Shown here piece by piece: positions 38,906-53,600 of a stretch of DNA of 64,000 nucleotides (its first letter is position 1; every line of letters starts with the position of its first letter). The DNA is taken from contig CAJFCJ010000031.1 in assembly GCA_904063045.1 (NCBI GenBank), positions 1 through 64,000 of the forward strand, in the 5' to 3' direction. The notes beneath the pieces were generated by a model. It was not told the DNA's origin. It worked only from the letters and a program-made list of their open reading frames with translations, and searched no databases. The DNA is from Dimorphilus gyrociliatus (Eukaryota > Animalia > Annelida). The position numbers and the translations under genes were made by a program.

Positions 38906-41900
38906 TACGAAATGATACAAATTCGCTGTATATGATTTAAAGTATGCTTAAGATTAATTCAATCATTCTTAAATCAAAATTTTGCAATAAAATATCGAAT
39001 TAAAAGTTTTATTAGGGAAAATGTTTCAAAAAAACTTACCGTTATTACTTGGTCTAAAAAACTTACAACTTTCCCGCTTTTTTGAGTAGTCTAAAAACTA
39101 CTCAACATATTCGTATTATAGACATTCTTTTTTATTCCGAAATTTTTTATCTATAAACTTATATAAGATTTTTTATTTATCGTGAGTGAAAACGATACAA
39201 ATTGCAAGAAATAAATTCGGAATATGTCAGAAAAAGATTTAATGTCTTAAAATAGGTATTTAGAGGCAAAGATCGAAATTTTAAAATGTTTTTTCAAAAT
39301 TTTACGAAAATGTCTGTGGGAAAGTCCTTGTCTACAATACAGTTGGCGTAAAGTTTTTTGTTTTCAAGTTATTAAGGGGAAGAATATGATAGCTAGTCAA
39401 GAAATGGGTCATAAAACTTGATCCTAGTTAAAACAAGTATCTTTTGATTTTTCTTTATGTTAAAAAAATTTATTATCCGTTTGTTGATCAGTTGTTATAT
39501 TGAAGAGTTTTCGCTTTAGAGAATACTTTTAATTCTCAGAAATTAACTTTATAGAATGCAATCGAAGGATACAAGATCTATTACATATCAAAAGTGCTCG
39601 TATGATTTTTTTCTCATTTTAATAATCTTGACTGTAATTACGCTCAGCGACCTCTAGTGTCGCTTCCATGAGATCAACTCCTTTGGCTTCCTATGCTTGA
39701 AACTGGTTGACAGCTCTCTCTAGCCGAAGCAACAACAGTTTTGGGAGAAAGTAAAAAAGATAAAATCAACAAAAGTTCCAAAGGTAAATGATCAATACTT
39801 TGTAAAACTAGACTAGTTAACAATTTCTATAAAGGAAAAAAAAAGAACAATAGTAGAAAATAAAAGAATATTTATGTTTGCTTCTACATTTTTTTTCTTT
39901 TTTTGTTTTGTTTTGCAGGCAAGTTATAAGTCTATATCACGTTCTTTGTCTTTGGTTACTTTTTGGTTAAGAATTCTGAAACAAAAATGGCGCATGGAAA
40001 GCAATCTTCGAAAAAAAAAACTCAAAAAAGGTCTAAAAAAAGAAAAACAATTTATTAAATTAAATATTAGGTTCGTTTAGGAAGGGGAAAATGGCTTTTG
40101 TTTATTTAGAAGAATTGATGTAATTCCTCTCCAAAGACAATTATTTATAGTTTCAAGATTTTTCTTTCATTGACGCTAAATATTTAATATTTGTATATTT
40201 TATATAAACTATATTTATACATATACTATATCTGGAATGTTTTTTTTAGTAGTAACCTGGAGATGTTCACACGTCCAGTTGAAGCTAGACACTCCAAGTC
40301 TAGAAAGTTGGAGAATGCGAAAAGAAGTAGAGAGTCGAATAAAGATTATGGAATCTTTCAATATCTTTTCAGACGTACCTTTGGAAAAAGATTTGAGCAG
40401 AATAAGACAAGAGTAAGAATGAATGTAATGTGACGGCCCTAATTCTTCCAAAACAAGGGTATACTTCCGGTATAAAATATTTATATGTAAATTATATAAT
40501 ATAATAATCGATATTTAAAAAAAAGCCTATCGGCTTTTAAATGTATTGATGTTGTTATTTTTTCTTCTATCAATACTCTTACTGTATAGTTTATATAATG
40601 GCAATGTGATATATATGATGGAATGATGAGTGGGGATGAAAACAAAAATAACAAACAAACAAACAAATTAATTCACAATTATTAGGCAATACATTCTTTT
40701 AAAAGAAAAAATATATATTCATTATTCATTCAAAAAGGAAAAAGAAAGAATCTTTTATAAGTAAAATAATAAACGATAAACAAATATAAGCATCGTTTTA
40801 TCACTTTTATTTTCTATGTTTCTCTTTATTTTATTATTTCTTTATTTCTTTCTTTCCTTTTGTATCCCTATTTTGTTTTTATCTGTTTTCATTTATCTTT
40901 TATTTATATGTTTTGTTTATTTAAAAAAAAAAAGGAAAAAATAAAATAGTAAAGTTATTTTCAAAGGATTCAAATTGCAAAAGAAAAAAGGAAAGGAACA
41001 GAGAGAACATACGTAATTAAATTTTTAGAGTGATTGACAGATTTTATATTTGTAGAGCCTATTTATGATTCTATTTTAGATTGTGAGAAAAATCGTGATC
41101 TTGACAATGTAAAAATTTTTTCTTCTCATTAGACAATCTAGTTATTTTATGAATATCATAGAAAAACGAATGAAGAAAAGAGAATAGAAGAAAAGATGCT
41201 TTTTTTTTAATTATTAAATTTTTTTAAATAACTGATAAAAAGTTCAATTTCCCTGTTTTGGTTTTAATTCTGTAACAACGCCATCTGTAATTCTTATCAT
41301 ATTTACTTATAAAGGGAATAGAGAGAGATGTGTAAAGGTAGTATTAAGAGATATTGAAGAAAATTGATAATACAAAACATTAATCAGTTACTTTTAGCTT
41401 CGTACAACTAACTGATTGATTTAGAAAACCATTCTATAAATAGTTTAAAGAGAAAGAGATAAAATTATAAATTAGTTATATACGCAGGGTAAACAATAAA
41501 TATTAATCTATGGTCAATTAAGAAAAAAAAATTGAAGAATAAACTCTTTTATTTCAATTTCTATGTAAGAGTTGCAAAATAGTTGTTAGCATGTCTATAT
41601 ATATATATAAATTTAGATTTAGTGTATATATATACATTTCATACACTTGGTGTATAATTGAAAATAACGTTTAAAGTGAACTTTGATTAAGGCAAGTTTA
41701 AATATAAGATGTTAAGCACCTGACTAGGAATTGCATAAATCTTGGTGTAATTGTTGACATAAAAATACCATTTAGTGTTAGCTTGTAATTCTAGTAATCA
41801 CTTAATCTTACGTTTTTTTATTTCACGCACACTTTTATATAATTATGTAGTATAGCACAATGGACAAACACGAATATTGTTTTCCTTTTAAGTGGCTCTT

Positions 41901-42455
41901 TTTTTTTGCAACTTTTACTATACTATTTCATACGGATCTTGATCTTTTTAAGATAAGGAAGGAAGGTTTTTTCTTTTTTTTGCAATGTTCTTCAAATGCC
42001 ATTTTGACTCGTCCGTTCACAATGAAGCAACGGAAGTGATATACCTGCAGATAGGTGTTAGCTTAAATATCTGTAAGATAAAAAGAAATTTTAGCATCTA
42101 TTTCATTATTGTTTAGTAGGGGCAAGTTGTCGTTTTGATATTTTATTCTCTTCTTTTTCTTGCTTATTTTTAACGTAAAAGAATGATAAAACTATTTAAG
42201 TGTACTTAAAAATGATAACATATTGAACACAAGCTTTTATTGCCTAGTAATACAAACAACTATATACAGAATTGATTGAATGAATGAGAAATTTTTAATC
42301 AATGTACGAGAGAGAGATAAAATGTATAAATATAAAATATGAAAACTAACCAAAAAGTGGGCTAAAAATTCTGTCCTGCAAATTTTTACATATTAATCTT
42401 TTTTGATGTTTTACTTGTCTTGTAACTAATTTCATTGTTGTAACTAACAAAGGAA

Positions 42456-42489
<34 letters not shown>

Positions 42490-45400
42490 GCATGTTGATG
42501 TAATGTGTGTAACTAGTTTTATGCTTAAGTAGATGTACTCTAAAATTCATACCGGAAGCAAAAAGTTAGGCTTGTCTATGTCAATGATGGAATAAAAATT
42601 GAATGAAAATGAGTTTGTTTTTATTTCCTTTTTCTTTTAAAAGCTAATGTTAGTAGTATCTTAAGAATAGTATTATAAGCAATTTATAGAAAACTTACTT
42701 TTTATATAAAACAATAAATTAATTAATTTAAAAAAAAACGTTAACTTGCAAATTTTGCAATAACGCACTTAGTCAAATAAATGAAAATGAAACCACGTAC
42801 ATATTTTTAGAATGTAAAAAACAAGAGAGAAAAACACTAATAAGGTATTTATTTATAAATATAAATGAAAAATATCTTTGTCATTTCATTTTTTCATAGT
42901 TATTCTATATCTTTCTTGTCTTAAAAGACCAAGGACATTGCTAATGCAGAAAGAGTTAAAATAAAGTCTTATTAACAATTCTAACAAAAGAACGGATACT
43001 TAAATACTTCCAAACAGAACTTCATAAAACATTGTATTTGTATAGACTCTATTAATAGTAACTAGAAGAAAAATGGAACCAAATTATAATCAAGTTTCTT
43101 GAGTTTCCGGATAAATAGCTCTAATTATTCACCTAGAAGAAAGAAAATAAGAGATTTTTTTTACTTTGAAAAGAAGTTTCTATAAACATTAAAAAAAAAT
43201 TTAGTTTCTTGAAAAATGTTGGCATTTCTTCTCTTCTCTTCTCTTCTCTAGGGAAGAGGAAGAGAACTTTTTTCAAAAAAAAAAATATTACATTTTAACC
43301 TATATCAAAAATACAATTGAAAAAAAATGAAAAGAAAGATATTGGAAACGATACATTAGATTAAATAAAACTGAGAAGATACATTTTAAACTTGTTCCTT
43401 TTCTTTTCTTTTACACAAGCACACATGTGGATTTATTGAGAAAAAAAAACAAGAAAAAAAATAAATAAGGTAGGAAAAAAAAAGAATAAAGGCAAATAAT
43501 GAAAAATATTTTTATAATTGTTTCCCTTTAACAATGCATCTTATTGTTAAATTATATTATAATTATTATCTTTTGAGAAAGTTTTATCCTTTTTGTTGTT
43601 TTATAAATACAAAGTATACATATTTATTGTATACACTGTATATATATACAGTAAATATATCTACAGAATACAGAATATATGTAACAATTACTTAAAGGCG
43701 AGCTCTACTCTATTTTTCAACTGCAATTAATGTTATTACCATGCTTTTCCACTATTATTTTGACCTCCGAAAAAACGTTGTGCATTTTTCATTTGATTTC
43801 ACATAGGAATGTTAACGAAAAACCCTGGATTATGGAATATGATAAAGCTTGAAGAAAACTATTTTCATATTAGAGATAATACAAACGTACATATATATCC
43901 GCACGCACCCACGCACGCATATTAAAATTATCATGCATAATCGGTAATAAACTATTTAAAACTATAAATTTATACGGGAAAATGAAATTATACAAGTGGT
44001 AAACTACTAATTAGCATGAATTTAAAGTTTTTAATACTATTTTCTTGAGGATATACTAATTGTGTAAAACTATTTGTGTAGGAGAATGTAAGAAAAAAAA
44101 TGAGAAACAACCAGGAATTATCTCAAAAAGAGACAGACAAAGACATAACATATTATAATTATGACTACGTACACAATTTTTCTCTTGCTTCGTTAGTTTG
44201 GGTTATTTTTTTTCTAGAGTGAAAAATAGGATAAAGAATACTATTAAGCTGTAAAGTTGAAGTATATTTAATATATCTTTTCCTGCTTGCTGGGTTTTTC
44301 ATACTCGTCACTTTTCTTTCTCTTTTTAATAGCTCACTAATAAAGCTAAAAATATATATATATATATATTTAAAAGTGAGAAAAACAACAACAACAACAG
44401 TAAAGAGATAATCTTCTGGAATAGGTTTTATTTTCCTTTTTTTAATCATACAAATTTATTATTTTCTTTAGTTTTGACTTGATTTTTTTAAATAGAAAAA
44501 AATTGTGTTGATTATGTAAAACTGATGGTTTATCATATTCCTCTCAAGCAATCAGTGAAATAGAATCAAGTCATATTATTTCACTACAACAACGAGTGAA
44601 TAAACAGTATGTGAAATATTATATCTTTTGCCGGATGTACACCGTTAATATTATGTTAAATATAATGTACAGTGTATAAGATATATCATTTACCGTATGA
44701 ACGCATAAATGTGAGATTTATCAGTTTTAATTTGTATCATTCTATCTATCTATCTATCCGATTAATGAATTTCTCAATTCTCTACTATATAAATAACAAT
44801 GTTAAATATATAGATGCTTCACAATTAGAGAATGTTTTCTATACATAGTTTACACCTATTTATTCATACTGTACACTCTTCTCAGAAAATAGCTGTTTAC
44901 TCGTCCAACACCCTTTCAAAAACTAGCAAAGAGAAGAATATCTAATAATTCTTAGAATTACTTTTATTGAATTACACAAGGTGTTCATTAAACAGAAATA
45001 TCACTAGCCCCATTATTTTATAGGAAACCAACTCTTAAAAAAAAACACCATTTCTTTTTGCATATAGCCCTAATTAATTTAATTTATCTAGTTTTCTTCG
45101 TAAATACTATTCATACATAGCTAGACAACTTAAATTATTGATTATTCTTTCTACATTGGAATAAATCAATTCTTTGATAAGCTATTCTAATGATCAACAT
45201 GCTATAAATTTATTGAACTTTTATAGAACTTTTACTAGAGTGAATATCTCAACCAATTGAAGTATATTCTATATTTTTCTCTGTAAAATAGTCAACATCT
45301 TAATAGAATTATTATGTAATCAAACATTTTTTAAAAGGTTTACTTCTAGCTTACGCTTTTATTGATTCTTTCGTTTTTCGAGTTTTCATCAATTACTAAA

Positions 45401-48400
45401 AGCTTTTTAGTTAAAAAAAAAAAGCGTCTGGAAAAGGAACCCGTTAAAAAGAACAAGCCTTCTCCTCCAATGGTGATATTTAATGTTCTATTGAAATCTC
45501 TCTTATTAGTTATTCGATTCTCTCATGTTCTATTATATTACCACTAACGCCCTCTGGTATCTTTTCCAATAGAATAAATACTATAAAAAGCTAAAAAGAA
45601 TAGAATGGAACAATTGAATATTGAAGAGAGATAGTTGTAAAACTTCTACAGGTATCACCTAATATATATATTGCGAGAGGAAGAAAGAGAGAATTTCTTA
45701 TAAATTAAAGAAAATCGTTTCGAAGACGATAATATATTTTACAGTGAAACCAAAAATAGTTAATTATCTTCTGTATGCGTACGGTTTCTTTTAGTCGATG
45801 GAACACTCTCTAATCGTATTAGATCACGAAATAAACAAATAGTTTAAGTTGTTCATTGAATGAAATAAGAAAATACTTATTAAAATGGAATAATATAGTA
45901 TAGAATATAAAATAGGAAATTTCTCCGAAAATCATTGTAAATACGAAATAAAAGAATCTCTTATCTAAATCTAAACAAAAGTATAGCGTTTCTTAATTCT
46001 TTTTTCTTTATTATTTTACGTTAATTTTTTCTAATTATAGAACTTTCCTTTATTTTTACAAATAATGGAAATAACTAATAAAATTCCTTTGACTGGTAAA
46101 TGGCAAACCGACGATAAGCTCAAGGTCTTTTTCCCTGTAGTTGTCCTAATTTGCAAATTTCCATTTAAAAATCCATGGTTCTTCTATATTATTAGAAGAG
46201 GACAATAGCCTCTTATTGAAAGCTACCAGAAGTAGAATAAGAAATAGGCAAATACCTCCATAGTTCACCTAATTTATAAATTGGGAATATACGTTATATT
46301 CTATTGGGTATTTAGAAAAGAAGGATAGATGGATGGATGGATGAATAGATGAATGAATGAATGAATGCACGTTTGAATTAATGGTCGGATTAAAAGTTTT
46401 ATAGAACATTGCAGAAAATATCAAAAGAATAAAATCTGATATTCTATTTAAATTATGGATAATTGCTAACCAAGTTCAACAAACTCAACCTTGTTTAGAT
46501 ATAAAAATTATTAAAAGAGAAAAAGACGTTACTATATCATACGATGATCGTTAAATGGAAAACATTCATAAATAGACCAAAATACAGCTTGTTTACTTTT
46601 AATGGGTTCTTTTTTTGAAAGTGTGACGTCATGTGTTCTTATAAGTTGAATATTCATTTAACAGAACGTGTCTCAGCTATTAGTAACTTTCTCACCACGT
46701 TTTTAATTAATCTTTGACATTTAGTGCTATCTCAAGTGTGGATTATGTTTAACCCTAGATTTTTTTTATTGGGATACGGAGAAAAGCCGAGTTCAGTTGC
46801 CTCTCCAATGACAAAATTGTCTCTGCCTAGAAAAAGATGAAAGTAAATTATTTTCTTCTTCGTACCACGTAGGATGAAAGAGATGATTTGCGTTGAGTTT
46901 AGCAAGTATACATAATTAACTTCTCGTCAAAATGACAATATCATAAAATTGAAGAAGAATAAATGAATTTCATATTATAATATAGCTTTTCAAAAGGTTT
47001 CTCTCAGTTGACGATTCAAGGATATTCATGAATGAAATATCACAGTAGATGGAAACAATTTAAAAGATTTTCCATTATTATTAGCATTCTGATGAGTGAG
47101 AATATGAGGAAGAGAAAAAAATGCATCTTCTAAGTACATACATATTGATGATCTATTTTTAAAAAAAGAAAGCACACCCTAGAACATCTGCTGCCCAGAT
47201 TAAAAAAATCATCTTATCATTTAACTAAGAATTATACATAAAAGAAAACCGGAAGTTGAATACTTTGTTATTAGTTTAATTAGTTTTACATAAATATATA
47301 TTTAGTATAACAGTTTTCCTCATTCTCCTATACTATACAGTATAATTTAGATAGTATATTTTTAGAACTTATCAAGCAATAGAGGTGACCTTGAAAATAT
47401 TGATTGTAGTTGTAAGTTCAAGGAAAAGATTTCAATTGAATAATTACTAGGAAAAAGACACATCTGTACTTTGAATTGATAGATGATGAAAAAAGTGCGT
47501 TACTTTATATAGTCTATAAGTTTGTCACGAGTATCAAATGTTAATATTTAAAGATATTGATATGCCTATTCATTTTTCTTTTGCTTTTTTGAATATCTGA
47601 TGGATTATGTGTTATTCAATTTGCTCTGTCCCTATACAATAAAAACAAATAGAATTTATATCCTCAACTGCATTTATTTTAGGATGATAAGCAAAAGAAT
47701 AATAGATGGAGCGACTGTACGGGCTATGAGATGAGAAAAGGGAGAGAAAGAAAGACAGAGAGAGGGAGAGAGAGGGGAGGGGGAAAAGGGATTTATTATA
47801 AATTGTATAATGTACATATTTATGTCTAGACAGAAAAGGAGAGGTGAAAAAACTTTTAAGATTATTACGCAGGATTGTATGCATATGCATATATGCTATA
47901 GAGTTGCCCTATATAAATTGTATATACAGTATAAGTATAATACTTATTGTATAATCATTACTATATTGTTTATTAAAATAATAAAGAATCTCTCTCCCTC
48001 TCTCCCTTTCTCTCTGTTTTTCTTTTTAATCGATAAATGAAATATCTCTTAATTTATCCTAACGCCATCTGGATTTTTTTAACTATTTTACTTCTATATT
48101 GTTATCTTTTGTGCATACTTTTCTATTGATACTTAATTAATAATTCGTTGTCTCTTTTTTTTTGTTATTGTTACTATCATTTCATAACAATTCGTTTAAT
48201 ATGAAACTAATGAAAATATACTGCATATCCGTACTCATTGACCTCATTTTGAACAAGAGAATAACAAACAAATTACAAAAATGTCATCCAATTTATGGGC
48301 AATAAGGATTTATTTACTTAAAATTTTCGACAGCGTCCTTTATTATAATTTTCCATAAATGTAAATGAAACTAATTTCTAATTTGTGTATATTTGAGTTT

Positions 48401-49232
48401 ATATGCATAGAAAATATTTGAGATTTAACGCTTTTCAACAAACATAAGGGAGAATATAAGTAAAAAGAGGGAGAAAGAAAGAGAAAGAAAGAAAAAACGC
48501 TGAGTAATTAACGAGCAGAGCTTATCAATTTCTTTCTTGAAAATTACAAGTTTCTTCTCTCGGCGGTTATTGACTTTACGTATAAGAAAAGATGTTATGT
48601 TTTGTTTGTATTTTTTTTTTGTCTTATTTCTCATAATTACTACTTTCATTTTCTAGATAATCTTTTACATTTTTCCTTTCATTGCTTTTTTTTCTTCTAT
48701 CTTTCTTTATTTTTTATGAATTATCTACTTCATTGCTTTTTTTTAAAAAGAATAAACGTTTACGAAGAAGCCTACATTCTCACAGCCGTGACCAGAAATT
48801 ACAGGATCAGATGAATTGAATTGAAACTTGATGATAAAATTTCTTATATATACAGTATATGTACTCTACTTAGAGGTTATTAACGTATTCTCATTTTCTC
48901 CGTATCGGTTATTAGCCTACTATTTCTCTTTTTTTTTCTTAATTTTAATGAGAGCGATAAGAATTTTGTATTATTTTCCTTTAATTACAAACATTTATTG
49001 TTAATTGATAATTTCACAACAAAGAAAGAAACACAGAGAGATGTCTTTTTTTAAACAAACATTGAAAAAAAAGAAGACATTAGATAAAAGATTATTTATA
49101 GTACATTTTACTTGGCTGAGTTTATTTTTGAAAATTTGAAGACAAACAATCATAGTGAAAGGGTAGACTACAAAATTTTTAACAGCTATTGATTTCGTTT
49201 GAAATCGTTTTAGTAACCACAGATGCACGTTC

Positions 49233-49999
49233 TCATGAGTGCCTGGTAGCTAGAGACTTCCCACAATTGGGGCAGAGAGCCTTTTTGATACCCACATGTA
49301 CTGTGGAAATATGACGTCTAAGAGATTGAACCCACTTGAATGATTTTTTGCAGAGTCGGCAATCAAAAGTTTTTTCAGTTGAATGAACGATTTGATGAGC
49401 CTTTACCACAGAGGGTGCTGATTTATATGGACAAAGCTCGCATTTTACTATTCCAGGTTTCAACGGCTTTTCTAGTTTGATGACTGATACACAGTCGTGT
49501 GGGTAAGGTTCATCCATCCATGGGCAGACTCCAAGACCTTTATAATCTTTCTTCACTCTTTTAGGTATACCGCTTCCATATGATAAGGTCTGCTTTTCCG
49601 TTAAATACGATTCAGCCAGCGAGTTGTCAGCATCATTCAAAGTTATAATGGGAATATTAAACTTCTCGTTTCTCCGACTCTCAATGCTGGAATCATTGAA
49701 AACCCTTGAACTAAAATCCTTTGGAATTGACTTTTCATCAGAGCCTGGCATTTTACCATCAAAGTAAATTCGATAAGTAAACTACACAAATGTTGTAGGT
49801 GGCGCAATAGGACTTCTTTCTAGACGAATAAGCGTCTCTTTACTAATGGACAAATTTGAAAATATATTTTGATTTGTCAAGGTAATATTTTCAATGTTCT
49901 TTGATAATGAGTTATTTTTCGACAGTCACATCAATCAGAGTTGAAACTTCAATTTTTAAAGAAAACGAATCTTTTTACAATGTAACAAATTGTTACCAT
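49233..49999 (-). CDS. C2H2 zinc-finger protein; third finger truncated (possible frameshift or pseudogene)
   Basis: Fingers CELCPYK..HQIVH and CRLCKKSFKWVQSLRRHISTVH, then CPNCGKSLATRHS*. Probable start is an ATG-only exon 49999-49997 (ATG|GTAACA) spliced to the acceptor at 49781, in frame with ORF 49233-49751. Confidence 0.65.
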
Positions 50000-50646
50000 A
50001 ATTATCACTGCAAGGCCACTAAGCGGCTAGAGATAAAAAGATAATCATTGGCATCTACTTTTAAAAATTTCTTGGAAAATCTGTTTTTTGTTATTTTTAT
50101 AAAATGGTGCTAATCTATGCATCGCCCTGCTTCCATTTACGTTAAAATAAATGTATTGTTCATTTTAGCAAATGAAAAAAAAACAAAATAATAAATATTG
50201 CAATTTGTTTTTTTTTCGTACAGGAAATAAGGTTAATTTATATATTTATAGCCTAACTTACAAAGAGTAAAAGAAAGTAGGCTTTAATATCATTGCATAG
50301 AGACAATGTATTTTGGGAAGTTAGATACGATTTTCAGAAAATTCTACCCTAGCATTGGAAAGCGGTTTTAAATTTCTGATTTTTTTTATCTAGGCGAAAC
50401 TTTCTACTCCAAAGAGCTTGATAAATTCCCCTCCAATGACAAACATTTATTAGCAATAATTTAGAGCAATCCAGTTTACATTATGAAAAAAATTTCCTTA
50501 CAATAAAGAACACCTCAACACTATTAAGGAATCTTTAAGGAAAACAACATGATATGTAAGGCTGACAAAATATGTAGGTTTACAAATATAACATATACAT
50601 GTTTACTCGATGCAGTTAATACAAAAGTACATTAATATTAATACAG

Positions 50647-53600
50647 TCAGGCTTCAGAAGTTGAATCAGGTTCAATTGTTTGCGGGGAACTTATTGGGGG
50701 CAAGCGGGGAATATATTTCAAAATCTTATAAAAGTCGTTAGATGATTCCAGTGCCTCTATTATGTATAAGTGTTCAGGTCTTTTTGTCCAAACCCTTCCA
50801 TCAATATCGACCAATTTACCTAATATTAGCAAACTGAAGAGAGTTGTATCAATTTCTTTATATTTCCTTTCAGCCAAATTTAGATGAAATATTGTGGCAG
50901 GATCTTTCAATCCACTTTCGCTGAGAGAATACAGCGTCTGAACCATAAAATGGAGGTCAGGACAAGAACAATTTAAATTTATGGATGAAAATCGTCCATC
51001 TTTGAAACTTTCAAAGAAAGTTTTCTTTATCTCCTCAATAAACAACGACTTTCCACTTTTTGTTTTTGACGAAATGACCAATCGAACAGTTGATTGGTTT
51101 TGGTCTAAAGACGCAGCAGACTCGGATAAATCAGTCGATACTTTCAACGCAATTTCCAGCTTATTTCTAATAGTTCCCAAATCAAGAACAGAAAGCGAAG
51201 CCGAATTTATTTTGAAATTGGCTAAATCTCTAATTAATTTGCACTCTTGATCATTTCTTGAACGGCAAAATATAGTTATTTTCATTTCATCTACAGTAAA
51301 GATTAAAAAATAGTAGGATTAACATTTAGCAAACATTTAGCTTACCAGATTCACCAGTTTCGTGCAATTTCTTAAACATTTTTTCGAGAACTTCGGCAGA
51401 TTCAGAACTCAGCCTCTCCGAATTAACAAACGAATATAAGCGTTTAGAATCAAATGCAGCTTTTCTGTACATAAGTTCTATAGCTTCTGGTGTTGTTCTA
51501 TCAGAGCATAATAAGACTTGCGAAGCGGTTGGACATTCAGAGTTATCACCGGCAAAGTAAATGCTAAAAAAAATCTGCCATATATCGTCCATAGGACTTA
51601 ATACGATTAAGTTGGGCGAGCCTACAGCCAACGGCGAGGGCATGTCGAAATCTGTAAAGTTTGGAGTTATTTGTATTTCCCGAAGGATAACTCCTAAATG
51701 GTCAAAACTGAGAATGTCGTGGGTCTCATAAGTGCCCTTAGAAAAATGTCGCCATAATTCCTTAAGAGTAAATCCCATAGACCTATCGAAGAAAGATTAT
51801 TTGTTTTAGGAGACAAATAAAAGCTTGATATATACTTACATTTGAGCATACTTCTCATACTTCATAACTTTCAGAAGTGTACTTTTCTTCGAATCCATAC
51901 TCTTCGTCTTTCGGAGTAGATTAGCACATTTCAGTTCGATAAATTGGTTTTCGAAGGATTTATTCAATTTTCCTTTCTTTTTTTTCTTTTTTTTAATCGT
52001 CTTTTTAGAAGCAGCAACAGTAGTATCGTTTTTACTCTTGTCATTTTCCATACAGTAAATTATTGCCATATCGGTTGCATCTTCTAAGTCGAAAATAGTA
52101 ATAAACTTTTCAGCTGCAACTGAGACGAGTTCCTCTGCATAACCGATACCTAAAAGTTCCTCACGAATACTAGCTCTTCGAATGTCTTTGTCTAGCTCAG
52201 ATAGTTCTTCATCAGATACATGTTTATCAACAGTCACATGAGCTTTTTTCATCAATCTCAATTTCTCATATGCGACCGATGCCTCCGTAACGCCCTTTCG
52301 TATATCCGACTCTGAACAATCGTAAAGAAGACTGAGCATATTTGTCAATTCTCTATCTATGTTTGCAATTTCAGGGTGTGTCCAGATTAAAGCAAACCTT
52401 TTCCTTAGATAAAAAAGTTGAAGGGCTGTGAAAAAATTTAATAATTGGTACTGAGAACGTTTATAATCGATAATGTCAGTCCATTCCACAAGAGTATTAT
52501 CGAGCTCCTCACAGACATCGACAACATGCTCTAAAAGTGTAACATTTGGTTTTCCTGTGAGAATTATCGGTACTCCAAAATTAAGAGTCATATTGAAGTT
52601 GCCTCTAGCCTTCTCAAATAGAGTAAATTTACAATCGCTATAAAGTAAATTTCCACTATCATGTAAATCTTTCAATGCGCTGGCTAAATAAGACATTGCC
52701 TCCAACAGTGAAACAAAATGATGACCCATCTCATTATCATTTTTGATTTCATAGTTATTAACTAACATAAGCAAATCTCTTAGCCCATTCATTTCAGTCA
52801 AATTTAAAGTTCGACGTGTTTCATCTTCTATAGTAAGACCAACAGCTTTCGAGGGATTTGTATCTTTGCACGTTGAAATTTCATAAATAGACAATTTATT
52901 GATGTCTTTAACGTTTTGTTGAATTAGGATTTCAATAGTTCTGAAAGATTCTTGAAGCTCTCTAACCCATTCTAATTGTTGATCAACATTTGGAAAACTT
53001 GTGATTATTGTATCGTCTATTTTAACTGTTAGCCATATCGGCTCAACGGTTTCATCCACTAAATCATCACTTTCCTCAAGTTCTTGAATTAACGGAGTAT
53101 ATTCAAAAACAGCTTCGTAGAAAGCCGAAATTTTTTCAATAGCAAGAGTACACGGATCAGACATAAGCGATAAATCCACAATTTCTTTTATCAATGTAAG
53201 CGACGGGATATTGATGTTAAGCCAAACCACGAATTCCCTGAATTTTTGAAGAACATCTAGAGTATTGGTTTGCTTTCTGGATGTATTCTGCAGCCAACGT
53301 TGAAGGTCTACAACATCTGGAGAGATACCAAATATCCTACAATCTTTATCCTTTACCTGAAATGAAATACACTTATAGAACCAATAATATACAGCTATGT
53401 AGCTAATCACATTGAAATATTCCTTGGTAATGTTGAAATCACCCAACAGCTCATATGCCTCCCTTATTAGTAGAAAAACCCTTCCAGCTTCTGTGGATTT
53501 TTCAAGACTAGCGAAGAGATTCAATTGATCTATCCTAGTCAAAATAATGTCACTATTAGATGTCTTGGTTATCCTCATCGCAAGCTCAAATTCTTTTTGT

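Noticed and set aside
28000-49000. CRISPR arrays, tRNA, rRNA, snRNA or conserved miRNAs in the non-coding gaps
   Set aside because: No repeat-spacer structure, cloverleaf or recalled mature miRNA sequence was seen by eye. An Infernal/tRNAscan run would be needed to exclude them.
49776-49930. In-frame TAG upstream of the zinc-finger ORF suggesting readthrough or a variant genetic code
   Set aside because: The TAG is better explained as a splice acceptor (tgtgtag|TTT) for an ATG-only first exon; other genes use TAA/TAG/TGA as normal stops.
50100-50560. Possible plus-strand gene with several tiny introns
   Set aside because: It needs 17-30 nt introns, below the size mode seen elsewhere, and all tried frames hit stops.
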